64,000 bases of DNA from Torpedo marmorata (taxonomy: Eukaryota): NCBI GenBank assembly GCA_977017645.1, contig OZ360230.1, forward strand, positions 54,746,001 through 54,810,000, given 5' to 3'. Of the stretch, positions 35,276 to 47,569 are shown piece after piece. The position numbers and the translations under genes are program-made. The notes under the pieces were generated by a model. The model was not told the DNA's origin. It was given only the letters and a program-made list of their open reading frames with translations, and made no database searches. Each line of letters opens with the position of its first letter. Position 1 is the first letter of the stretch.

Positions 35276-35640
35276 GTAGATATAGCTTTTTTTTTACAAG
35301 AGATATACTTGACAGATAATTTACATAATAAATATAATTTCTTTTTGAAAATATGGAGCCCATATATAAAAACGGTTGGTTTAAGGATTTGAAGTTCTCT
35401 GGATATCGGATCTGACTGGCGAACCTATCTTCCACAATAAAATTAGCTTATAGTTGTTCTTTTTTAGATTGACATTCTCCTTACTTTATCTTTTTCTTTC
35501 TTTCTTTCTTTCTTTTCTATTTTAGTAGATTAGTAGGGGTGGGAGGGTTAGGGAGGGGAGGGAGGGAGGGGGGTGAAAATGTATCACATGTATTTTGATA
35601 AGTTTGCATTTTAGACTTTGTATTGTGTGATTTAAAAAGT

Positions 35641-35890
35641 CACCAGTAGTGTCGCCCGGCGCCCCTTACAGTAAGAGAGAAAGGGAAGCAAAAGAGAGTC
35701 CCTTCAGAAACACTGAGTGTCCGTGAATTCTCCTCCAGCGCTTCTGCGGCCTCTGCAGCCGCACAGAGACCCGAGCCTCAGATCCAAACCTCTGACACAA
35801 TCAGGAAGCCTTCAGCATCCAAGGCCCTTTGGGAGCCCTTCTTGCCCTCAGCACCCTCTCGAATCCCTTCTCTGATACCTGGTTCCCACG
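35641..35890 (-). mobile_element. Family X fragment
   Basis: Reverse complement of 10680-10945. Confidence 0.75.
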
Positions 35891-36149
35891 TTCAGTAAAA
35901 CAGATGCAGGAGTTTTCTTTAAGGTACACCTAATATTGATCAGAACTTACAAACATTTGTACTACAAGGAAATCCCCCTCCCCTATAAGTAAATCGGAAG
36001 AGTATTTAGGAAAGGTAAATGACAAAGAAAGGGAATTGGATATATTGCAGAGAAAATTCTTTGGCTCTTGCGTCTCAGTGTTCATGTTGGCTCAAATGGT
36101 TACTGTTCTTGCCTCTGAACCAGTCTGTCTGGAGCATCTCCCCGGAGTC

Positions 36150-37210
36150 AGACAGCATCTGTGAAGGGAATTGGAGCCTTGATATTTCCAGTCAAGATCT
36201 TTCATTGAGAATGAACATGGAGACCAAAGGTAACCAGTACAGAGGGGGAGAGTGAGACAGGGTCCAGTAGGTGATTGGTGGGCTGCAGAAGGATGACAGA
36301 GTCAGCCAGGTGGAGGAGGGGGAGTGAGGCAGAGACAGATGCTGTTGTGATGAACAGCAGACAGAGAGAGAGATAAAAAAAGGTGGAGAGAGAGGAAAGA
36401 GGGCAGACATTGTCAAGTGTGGTGAGGGGAGGGAGAAGGTGGAGATAGAGGCTGCAAGGCAGGAACACCGAGGCTACCAGTACTGTATCTGATAAGTTGG
36501 GAAGGCGATAATGGGAATCATTAGGGGAGAGGTGAAGGGTAGATGGAACCAGATGAGGAAAGGGTTGTAGCTGAATGGAAACAGAAGAAGGAGGGAGATG
36601 AAAATGGGTGAAGGGGAACAAAGGATCTGGATGGGGGTAGATCTGAAGGCAGGAGGAGGAGAGAAAGAGACATTGGTGTGGGTTTGGGGAAGAGAGCTGA
36701 GATGGCAAGCAACCAGGAGCTAAGGATGGGTATTACAGACAGATCATAGATGCTCTACAAACAGGTCGTCCAGTCTGCATGGTCTCACTGATATAGAGGA
36801 GGCCATATTAGGATCATTGAATGAGGTCTGGAGGAGGTGCATGTGAATCTTGGCCTCAAGTGGAAGGACTGTGTAGGCCCTTGGATGGTCGTGAGGGAGG
36901 AGGTATGAGAAAGTACAGCACCTGCTACCATTGAAAAGTGCCTAGGGTCATGGGGGGGACGGGACTGGGGGGGTTGGGGAGTGAAAGGATCAGGGAGGCA
37001 TGGGGGGAATGGTCCCTGTAGAAGGCAGAAAGGGGCGGAGAGGGGAAGATGTTGCCAGTGCTGGCATCCCGTGGCAGTTGGCGAAAGTGATGAAGGGGAA
37101 TGTGTTGGATGCGAAGGCTGGTAGTGTGACACGTCTGTTCTGTTAAGAGGGAGGGGTGAGAGGAAATGTAAGAAAGTGCTTCATCACCACAGCCAAGGGA
37201 GATCCACATT
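36150..37210 (-). mobile_element. Old Penelope-like remnant
   Basis: TSLRIQHI..FRQL..D....IFPSPPLSAFYRD, homologous to the 19400-20395 ORF. Confidence 0.7.
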
Positions 37211-37639
37211 CCCCAATGGAGGACAACATTTCAGATCTGAAGTTCTCCTTCTGGGACCTGAGAACAAAAATCTAGACACTGCTGGAGGTGTCAACCTTCA
37301 CCTGAAATGTCAAACTGAGGCTTATTCATTCTCACAGCTGCTGTCTGAAGGAGGTAATCCCTGCCATTGGGTGGAAAATTGATCCTTCAAGTTTGCTGAT
37401 TATGTGATTTTGCTGGATGCATCTTAACTTAAACATTTCTCACATTACTTCAAAGAGGACCTGACTCTTTGTGCAGTGTTATCCAATACCCTGAGATTGT
37501 AAGTGCTAATATGATTTCAAGATGGCACTGGCAAAGCTTCGCAAACTTTTGCAACGTCCAACAGATCCTCACGTTCAACAAAGTACCACCGTTGTACTCT
37601 GCTCTTCCTGCACGCTAACACTTTCCATATGAAGTTTGT

Positions 37640-38480
37640 TCATTTCAATTCCCCATCCCATTCCCTTGACAACATGTCTGTCCATGGTCTCGTGCACTGC
37701 CAGACTGAAACCACCCACAAATTGGAGGAATAACACCTCATTTTCCATCTAGGCACCATCCAACCGGATGGCATTAACATCAACTTCTCCGGTTTCCGTT
37801 AACCACCTCCCCCCAATCTTCTTCCCCCTGTCTCCTTTCCTCTAGTTCTGTCTCTCTCTCTCTCTCGCTCTCTTCCCCTTTCCCTCTGTTTTATTTCACA
37901 GAGTCAAAATCAATTCTCATCTTTCTTCTTATCATATCCAATGAATACCTTTTGTTTGTTGGTCTGGACTCCTCTCCCTCCCATACTTCCCCCTTTCTCT
38001 CCCCAGTCTTTAATTCAGACGCCTGCCTGCTTTTTGCTTATACAGGTTGTACCTCTCTTATCCGGCGCTCTGTGGTCCGGCAACTCCCGTGGTCCGGCAT
38101 GTATGAATCTGCCGCCGTTAGTACAAACTCCTTACAGACAGCGCGGGACTCGAACCCCGGTCCCGATCACTGGCGCTGTAAAGGCATTGCACTAACCACT
38201 ACGCTAACCGTGCTGCCCCACAGTATTATTTCTTGTTTTAAGCTTTGTTCTACCTTTAATATGTTTACATAGGGGGTTCTCTTAAGGGTCAATTTCTGTT
38301 TTACGGCATTTTCTGTGGTCCGGCAATGGCCAGGTCCCAACGTTGCCGGATTAAAGAGGTACAACCTGTACCTTGAAGAAGGGCTCAGGCCCGAAACATC
38401 GGTAATATATATATTTACCTCCTATGTACGCTGCGAGACCGGCTGAGTTGCTCCTGCATCTGCAGACTTTGTGTTTCAAT
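37640..38480 (+). mobile_element. Penelope-like 3' end with pLTR, split by a MITE
   Basis: Encodes an HFNS..KLEE.HLIFHLGTIQPDGINI-like stretch; pLTR resumes CCTTGAAGAAGGGCTCAGGCCCGAAAC at 38371. Confidence 0.8.
38043..38368. mobile_element. TcMar (Tigger-like) MITE containing an antisense V-SINE head
   Basis: TA|CAGGTTGTACCTCT ... AGAGGTACAACCTG|TA; SINE head reverse complement at about 38120-38220. Confidence 0.85.
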
Positions 38481-39119
38481 CCTTTCTCACATAATACCTG
38501 GTGCAGTGAAAAGAGTTCTTCTGCTGACAGACAAATAGGTCATCTCTAACATTCACACAGCTGTGTAAAGAGCATAATTTGCAGTGTAGGATTGCAATGA
38601 AAAGGAAGATTACTCATTTCTCTTTTACTTTTTATGCAGCTGTATGAATGCGAGAGATAACCTATTAGACTGCTTGCAGAAGAACCTTTCTCAATCTAGT
38701 AGGTGTAATGTGAAAAATAAAGTTATATAAATCCTGGCTCTGTGCTTGGGGAGAGTTGAAGAATGTACTTCATTCAATTGCACTGCAGATCGAAATTTAA
38801 AGAAAGTTCCAATACTCTTGACATTTCAAGGATGTTTTCTTTAATTCTCGAGTTTTGGATGTTACTTTTATTGTCTATTACTTGTTTCCCTGACAACCAA
38901 CAAAGATGTTCCCCTGTGTGAAGTATATTAGGAAACCAGTTGGATTCACGAGACAATCCAGCAGTTTGAATGTGTTTTTAAACTCGAGGCCACAAAACAC
39001 AGGCTTTCAAACCTTGCCATCAAATCCAACAACAGTGAATTAGGTGGACATCATCCAGGACTAAGAAGCGCCAATATCTGTCACCCATCCATCACACCAA
39101 ATATTATTTTCCTTGCATA

Positions 39120-39690
39120 GAGTTGCAGCTCTATAAATCTCTGGTGAGACCACACTTAGAATATTGTGTTCAGTTCTGGTCACCTCATTATAGGAAGGAT
39201 GTGGAAGCTATGGAGAGGATGCAGAGGAGATTTACCAAGATGTTGCCTGGATTGGAAAATAAGTCTTATGAGGCAAGGTTAGCAGAGCTCGGTCTTTTCT
39301 CTTTGGAGCGAAGAAGAATGAGAGGAGACTTAATAGAGGTCTACAATATTCTGAGAGCCATAGATAAAGTAGACAGCGCCTTTTCCCCAGAGCAGGAATA
39401 GCAAACACCAGGGGACATCTCTACAAAGTGAAGGGAAGAAATTTTAGGGGAGACATCAGGGGTAAGTTTTTTATGGAAAGAGTTGTGGGTGCCTGGAATG
39501 TATTGCCAGGGGCGGTGATGGAGGCTGGAGCAATTGGGGCATTGAAGAGACTCTTAGGTGCATGGATGGAAAAATAAATAGAGGGTTATGAGGCAGGGAG
39601 GGTTTAGTTTTTTTTTTAGGTATATATAGGTCAGCACAACATTGTGGGCCGAAGAGCCTGTACTGTGCTGTAATGTTCTGTGTTCTATGT
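39120..39690 (+). mobile_element. CR1 LINE 3' end
   Basis: [48 protein letters not shown]. Confidence 0.92.
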
Positions 39691-39699
39691 ACTTTACTG

Positions 39700-40070
39700 G
39701 TGCACAGTGGCCGCAGAACATCTACAAAATGCCCTCCAGTTCCACACCTAGGCTGTTGGAACCACACCTCCCAAACCCAAGATCTCTTCCAGCAGGAAAT
39801 ATTCGGTTAGCTGGTAGATGGGAGACCTCCTCCCATGGCAGGTTCCCCACCACATTGCTCATCATCCTGATATGGGAAAATATCAAAGCTCCTTAATTAT
39901 GGCTGGGTCTAAGTGCTGGAATTCTCTGCCCAAGAGCACCGCGACAGCAACTTCTCCAAAAGATCTGTAGTCATTCAAGATGGTGGCTCCACCAGCGCCT
40001 TCAGAAGTAGAAATTAGGAATGGACAATAAATGCTGGCCTCCTCAGCAATGGCCATATCCCCCAAAAACG
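39700..40070 (+). mobile_element. Old CR1/L2-group LINE 3' remnant
   Basis: Tail CAATAAATGCTGGCCT..CCATATCCC; related to 3628-4030. Confidence 0.55.
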
Positions 40071-40269
40071 GAAAGCAAATTGAGGTCATCCAAGATTCTG
40101 ATGCCTGCATCCTAACTCACACCATGTTTGGCCCCTCCTCTCTCTGTAATCCCCTCCATTCCTCAGTCCTTCACCATGCCTAGACTCTTGCTTTATCCAA
40201 CTTTAATAATTTCACCTTTGATGGCTATACCATTAGCTGCCAAAGTCTGTTTTGAAATTACTTTGCTGA

Positions 40270-40500
40270 TCTCTCTCTCTCCCCCTCTTTCTCTCTTCCT
40301 TCTCTTCTCCCTCTCTTCCCCCTCTCTCTCTCTCTCACTCTCTCTCTCTCACTCTATCTCTCTGTCTCACATACTTTCTATCTCCCTCCCTCACTCTCTT
40401 TCTCCTATCCCCCGCTCTCTCTCTCCTCCTGTCTCACCTTTTCTTTCCTCTCTCTCTCTCTCTCTTTCTCTCTCCCCCTCTCTAACACTTTCTCCTCCTT
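40270..40500. repeat. (CT)n-rich low-complexity tract
   Basis: Imperfect CT dinucleotide run. Confidence 0.9.
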
Positions 40501-40955
40501 TAAGTCATTTGAAACATAAACCTTGACCAGCATCCCCTTCTACAGATCACAGCCAAATTTTATTCGCCAATTCTCCTGAGAAATACCTTGAGCTGTTTCA
40601 CCACATTAATGGAAGTCATTGTCCTCAATTTTTGGCCATACATGTCACATTGCAAATTTGTTTCAGACTTCATCCTTTTACTTTTCATTTCAGTTTTGAG
40701 CCTTAACATTCTTAAATCCAAGGAGATCTGGACGATTGATCAGAGGCATGCGGGCAAACCCCACTGTGGCAGAAGATGAATTTAAATAGAAATAATGGTG
40801 AATCCATGGAGGAGAGAAGAAAGGGGGTTTCCGAGCCAAGAACTTCACAGTGCCCTCAGACTAACCTGTGCACTTCTAGTAATGTAAAGCTAGGTGGCAA
40901 TCATGGATGGCTTTTTTGTTGTCTTGAGACCTTGCAGGAATATGGATTATAGTGT

Positions 40956-41259
40956 AAAAACACAATGCTGGAGTAACTCAGCTGGTCAAACCGTGTACTT
41001 TATATAGCAAAGATAAAGATACATTACCGACGTTTCGGGCTGGAGCCCTTCATCAAGGTATCAAGGATTCGATCTTTGATGACGATATGGTTAGCTGCCA
41101 AAGTCTGTTTTGAAATCACTGCTGATCTCTCTCTCTCCCCCTCTCTCTCTTCTCCCTCTCTTCCCTCTCTCTCACTTTCTATCTGCCTCCCTCACTCTCT
41201 GTCTCCCACCCTCCTGTTCTCTCTCTCTCTCCTGTCTCCTGGCTTGAGCCCTTCATCAA
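40956..41259 (-). mobile_element. Penelope pLTR insertion carrying a copy of nearby DNA
   Basis: 12-bp TSD GGATTATAGTGT at 40944-40955 and 41260-41271. Confidence 0.75.
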
Positions 41260-41639
41260 GGATTATAGTGTGCCTGATAGACCAGGATGTGTGTCACTAT
41301 CAAAGAGTTACGATTAAAAGGTAGTTGCCTTTTTGATTCAGGTTGAATGAATCTGACAGAGTAACACCCTTTACTCTCAGTCTCGTAATCCAGAGAGAAG
41401 AATACAAGTTTTGAAGACAAAGATTGAAATCTTTCCCATTGTAACTGGGGGATATAATCCATTTACTTAAATAAAGCAGTGGCATTGAGGATGAAAGTGC
41501 CATGTTGTAATTTTCAGAGCTCAATTGATTCATACGTTGTGTTTAAGGAAGGTCGTCTGCTTGTTCTGTAACCAGGCCCACAGCTCTCTGGTTGACACAC
41601 GCCTGCCCCTTCAAACACCCTTGTGTCACCAACACTTCA

Positions 41640-41915
41640 GAGAACCATAGGCCCTTCTACTCTGTGCCAAATTATTTTTCCGCCTAGTCGCACTGACCTG
41701 CAACCGGACCATATCCCTCCATACCCCTCCCGTCCATGTACCTGTCCATATTTTTCTTAAATGTCAAAATTAAGCCTGCGTTTACCACTTCAGCTGGCAG
41801 ATCGTTCCACAATCCCACCGCTCTCTGCATGAATAAGTTCCCCCTAATGTTCCCTTTCAACTTTTCCTCTTTCATCCTTAACCCAAGTCCTCCAATTTTT
41901 ATCTCACTTAACCTC
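41640..41915 (-). mobile_element. CR1 3' end
   Basis: KGNIRGNLFMQRAVGLWNDLPAEVV. Confidence 0.8.
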
Positions 41916-43019
41916 TGTACTCTGTCAGATCTGGGGTTAAACAGGAAAGTATGTAGATGCTGGGGTCGAGTGCAACACACAAACGTGCTGGTAGAACTCA
42001 GTGGGTCCATAGGGAGTGAAGGATAACCAACATTTCGGGCCTGGGACCTTCATCATAGCTGTTTCCTTGCTGTATCTCTCCATGACTCTGCCTGATATTT
42101 TGCTTTCTTCTGAAGAAGTACGTTAATTTAAATTAATTGCAGTCTTCTACAGAACAAAAGGCCATTTCACCAGGCTCTGCTTATTGATCAAGCTCTTTGG
42201 TTTAACACACTTCTCCTCTGCAGATCCACAAGACTTTGATGTTCATGTACTTATCAAATTCTCATTTAGAAGTTCCTGTTGGATCAGTGCCTTTTGGGGC
42301 TATAGGTTCTTTGCATAAAAAGTCATACAAATTCTCACGAGCCTTTAACTACTCTAAATCTATGTCCATTGATTACTGACCTTGGTGCAAGACAAAGTAG
42401 TTTAATGTTTTTGAGATATGGTAAAGCAATCTCAGGGTTGTATGTGATGTCATGAAGGTGAATCTCAGGGTTGCATGTGATGTCATGTATGTACTCTAAC
42501 AATAAATCTGAAATCTGAATCTGAAATCTGAATCATTTGGGCTTCAAAGTAGCGGCAGGAATTCTGGCCCATTGTTCAAGGTACGTATAGTGACTTCAAT
42601 CCAACAAATAGTCACTTGGGTCAAGGTGAGATATTTGTTCTTGACGCGTTTCAATTAATTTACTAACAAGTCCAATATGTTCAAAAAACTTTAGCAATCT
42701 TCAATGACTTAAATTTCTTCTTTAAACGAAATATAAACAATTCTTTTTTTTTAATATTTTATTTAAAAATTTTAAATCACAGAATACATAATATAAAATG
42801 CAAAATTATCAAAATACATGTGATACATTTTCACCCCCTCCCTCCTCTCCCCTCCCTAACCCTCCCACCCTTACTAATCTACTAAAATAGAAAAGAAAAA
42901 AAAGAAAGAAAGAAAGAAAAAGATAGAGTAAGGAGAATGTCAATCTAAAAAAGAACAACTATAAGCTGATTTTATTGTGGAAGATAGGTTCGCCAGTCAA
43001 ATCTGATATCCAGAGATCT

Positions 43020-46000
43020 TCAAATCCTTAAACCAACAGTTTTTATATATGGGCTCCATATTTTCAAAAAGAAATGATATTTGTTACGTAAATTATAAGT
43101 AATTTTTTCAAGTGGTATACATGAACGAAGTTCTGCATGCCATCTTTCTAACCCTAAATCTACATCAGATTTCCAAGTAAGAACAATGTTAGAAACAGCT
43201 AAAGCAATTTGCAAAAATTCTATTTGATACATATTTAATTTCATCTTAATACTAATTCTTTTAATATCTCCAAACAAAAATATCATAGATAGATAGATAG
43301 ATCAGCTCATTGAATGGTGTAATGACAACAACCTTGAGCTCAACGTCAGCAAAACCAAGGAGATGATTGTGGACTTCAGGAGGAAGTCAGGGGAACACAA
43401 CCCAGTCCTCATCGAGGGCTCAGTCGTGGAGAGAGTCAAGAACTTCAAATTCCTGGGTGTCAACATCTCCGAGGATCTGTCCTGGAGCATCCACGTGGAT
43501 GCAATCACAAAGAAGGCTCGTCAGCGGCTATACTTTGTGAGGCGATTGCGGAGATTCGGTATGTCGCCAAAGACTCTCGTGAACTTCTACAGGTGTACCG
43601 TGGAGAGCATTCTAGCTGGTTGCATCACTGCCTGGTATGGTGGCGCCAACTCCCAGGACAAGAGCAAACTCCAGAAGGTTGTTAACTCGGCCTGTGACAT
43701 CACGGGCACCAAACTTCACTCCATCGAGGACATCTACATGAGGCGATGTCTTAATAAAGCAGCCTCTATCCTCAAGGACCCCCACCACCCAGGCCATGCC
43801 CTCTTCACGCTGCTTCCATCGGGGAAAAGGTACAGGAGCCTAAAGACGAGCACTCAACGGCACAAGGTCAGCTTCTTCCCCGTTGCCATCAGATTCCTGA
43901 ACAATCAATGAACCAAAGACACTAGTGCACTATTGTTTATAATTTTTTTATATAGTAATGTCGTTAGAATGGTTAATATGAATGTTAATTGCACTGTGAT
44001 GCTGCCGCAAAGCACCGAATTTCATGACTTGTTCATGACAATAAATTCTGATTCTGATTCTGATTCTGATTCTGATTGGAAGTGTAATACTTAATACTTT
44101 GTCTAAAAATTTTTTAACTTTCAATCAAAAATCATATACCTTTGGACAGAACCATGTAGAATATACAAAAGAACCTTCCTCTCTATTACATCTGAAACAT
44201 AGACCTGATAATGTCGGATTAAATTTCTTTAATTTCTTAGGTGTTAGATATAATTGATGAAAAAATGATATTGCACTAACCTATATCTAACGTTAATAAT
44301 CTTCGTCATACTTTGTTTACATAGTTCTTTCCAATGTTCTTCACCTATTGTTACATTGAGATCTGATTCCCATTTTACTCTTGATTTATGAACTCCTAAT
44401 TTGGGCATTTTTCTCTGTAACAATCTATACATTTGAGAAATAAATTTATTTACACCTCCATTAGTAACTAATAATTCCAGTTCACTTTGTCTTGGTAAAG
44501 TCAAATTATAACCCAACCTTTCAACTAAAAATGCTCTAATTTGATAATAAGCAAAAAGTGTATTATTTAATATATTAAACTTTTCTTTCATTCTTTGAAA
44601 AGTAATAAATTTACTAGCTTCAAAACAATCATTTATTTTCTTAATTCCCTTTTGGAACCAAATTTTAAATAATTGATTATCAACAATAAATGGAATAAAT
44701 TTATTTTGATATAAAGGCATTTTTCGAGAAATTAACCCTTTCCCTCCTATCTCCCTATCCACTCTATTCCATTTTTCTAACAAATGTTTAAAAATAGGAG
44801 AATTTTTCCCTCTTGTTAATAATAATTTAGAATTCCATTTATAAATAACTTCTTCTTTCAAATCTTCTTCTATATTATTTAATTCTATTCTAATCCAAGC
44901 AGAAGATTTTCCAAAATCAAACATTTCACTATTAAATTTTAATTGAGCTGCTTTATAATAATTTTGAAAATTGGAAAGTTGTAAACAACCCATTTCATAA
45001 TTCCAAGTTAATTTCTCCATACCTACTCTAGCCAACTTTCCTTTCCACAAAAACTTCCTAATAATTAAATTTAAATCTTTAAAGAATTTTTGAGGAATTT
45101 CATAAGGAATTGATTGAAAAAGATATTGAATTCTTGGAAAAACATTCATTTTAATACAGTGTACCCTTCCTATTAAAGTTATAGGTAAATCCTTCCAACT
45201 TTCTAGATCTTTTTTAATATACATAAATAATGGTAAATAATTTAATTTATATAAATTGGCTAATTTTGTATCAATCTTTATTCACAAATATTTAATACCT
45301 TCCTTTGACCATTTAAATTGTGTAATTTCTTTACATTTAGTATAATCCCCTTGTGTCAATGCCATAATTTCACTTTTATCAGAATTCATCTTATAACCAG
45401 ATATTTCCCCGTATTCTCTCAATAAAACATTCAATTGTATTAAAGAAGTAATAGGTTTTGTCATATAAATCAATACATCATCTGCAAATAAACTAATTTT
45501 ATGCTCTTCTCTTCCAACTTTAATACCTGAAATCTTAATATCTTGTCTAATTAATTCTGCCAAAGGTTCTATTGCTAAAATAAACAATGCTGGTGACAAA
45601 GGACATCCTTGTCTGGTTGACCTAGTCAAAGAAAATTTTGAAGAAATTTGTCCATTTGTGACCACTCTAGCAGAAGGTTCTTTATATATAGTTTTAATCC
45701 AATTAATAAATGTAGTTCCAAAACCAAATTTTCCCAATACTTTAAATAAATAATTCCACTCTAATCTGTCGAAAGCCTTTTCAGCATCTAATGTTAATAC
45801 TAATGCTAATTCCTTTTTTTTTGTGCCACATTTATTAAACTAATTAATCTAGCTATATTATCTTTTGAGTATCTATTCTTAATAAAACCAGCTTGATCTA
45901 CATGGATTAAATCTGGTAAATATTTAGCCACTCTATTTGCTAAAATTTTTGCCATTATCTTATAATCCACATTTAACAATGAAATTGGTCTAAATGATTC

Positions 46001-47569
46001 TGTTTTCAATACATCTCTATGTTTTTTAGGTATAACTGTAATTATTGCATTTGAAAATGTTTCCGGTAGCGAATGAGTTTCCGTTATTTGTTTCAACACC
46101 TCCATATATGGAGGTATCAATAAATCCTTAAACTCCTTATAAATTTCTGATGGGAAACCATCCTCCCCTGGAGATTTTCCACTCGTTAGAGAACTAAGAA
46201 CATCATTAACTTCCCTCATCGAAAACGACAAATCTAAAAGTTCTTTACTTTGAGTATTTAATCTAGGTATCTTAATTTTAGATAGAAATTCATTAATTTT
46301 AGAATCATCTTTATCAGTTTGAGATTTATATAAATTTAAATAAAATTCCTTAATGGAATCATTTATTTCTCAAGGTTCATATGTTATTTTCTTTGAATTC
46401 TTTTTTATGGCATTTATAGTTCTAGAAGTTTGTTCTTTCTTTAATTGCCATGCCAACACTTTATGTGCTCTTTCTCTCAATTCATAATATCTTTGCTTAG
46501 TTCTTTCAATTAATTTTAACATTTTATATTTTTTTAACGTATTATAATGCAATTTATTTTCGATTAAGTTTTTCCTGATCTCTTTTTTTGCAAATCCTTC
46601 TCCAAAAATTCAATCTCCCTCTCCAAATTATCCACTTCCCGAACATATTCCTTCTTAACTTTTGCTGAATAACTTATTATTTGGCCTCTTAAATAAGCCT
46701 TTAAAGCTTCCCAAATAATAAATTTATTATCAATCGAGTTAGAATTCATCTGTAAAAATTCTTGAATTTCTCCTCTTATATAATTACAAAAATCCATTCT
46801 TTTTAATAAAGAGGAATTAAATCTCCACCTATACATAGTTTTTTCTTTTTCTGGAATTATACATGACATTAATAGAGGAAAGTGATCAGAAATTATTCTT
46901 GCTTTGTATTGTGCTTGAGTCACCCTATCTTCTACTTGTGAGGACAATAAAAACATATCTATTCTAGAGTATGAGTCATGCCTAAAAGAATAGAAAGAAT
47001 AATCTTTTTCTCTTGGATTCAACTTTCTCCAAATATCTATTAAATTTAAATCTTTCATCAAAATAAGAATTATTTTAGCAATTTTAGTTCTAATAATTGA
47101 TATCGATGTTTTATCCATTATTGGATCTAAACAACAATTAAAATCCCCACCAGTTAAAATATTATCATTTGCTTCTGACAAATACATAAAAGAATTTTGA
47201 ATAAATTGTTCATCTTCCATATTTGGTACATATATATTCATGAGTGTCCACATTTCTGAATATATCTGACAATGTATTAAAACATATCTACCTGCCACAT
47301 CTACAACCACAGATTGTATTTTAAAAGGTAACTTTTTATTAACTAATATAGCAACTCCTTTTGCTTTAGAATTAAATGAAGACGCAACCACATGACCAAC
47401 CCATTCTCTTTTCAACTTCTGATGTTCTATATCTGTCAAATGTGTCTCTTGTAAAAAAGCTGTGTCTACATTTAACTTTTTAATATATGCTAGTTTTCTT
47501 CCTTTTAATTGGATTATTTAGCCCAATTATATTAATACTTACTACATTTATTGATTTACTATCCGCCAT
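43020..47569 (-). pseudogene. L1 ORF2 (APE endonuclease, RT, C-terminal domain), frameshifted
   Basis: GGDFN, YSRIDMF, ISDH; KSPGEDGF, FRPISLLNVDYKI; TRQGCPLSPALF, LFADD; IKMNVFPRIQYLFQ. Confidence 0.92.
43295..44077 (+). mobile_element. Rex1/Babar (subfamily B) inserted in L1 ORF2
   Basis: ORF 43363-43911 nearly identical to the C-terminus of 15631-16584; (TTCTGA)n tail. Confidence 0.93.

Larger units (their letters stand above)
27449..35638 (+). mobile_element. L1-clade LINE: 5'UTR, ORF1, internally deleted ORF2, 3'UTR; interrupted by BEL
   Basis: 5' GGGGGCGTGG; ORF1; ORF2 start at 29284 (MVDSKVINVVSININGLN..KRKK) resumes at 35281; 3'UTR nearly identical to the reverse complement of 42770-43090. 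Confidence 0.9.
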
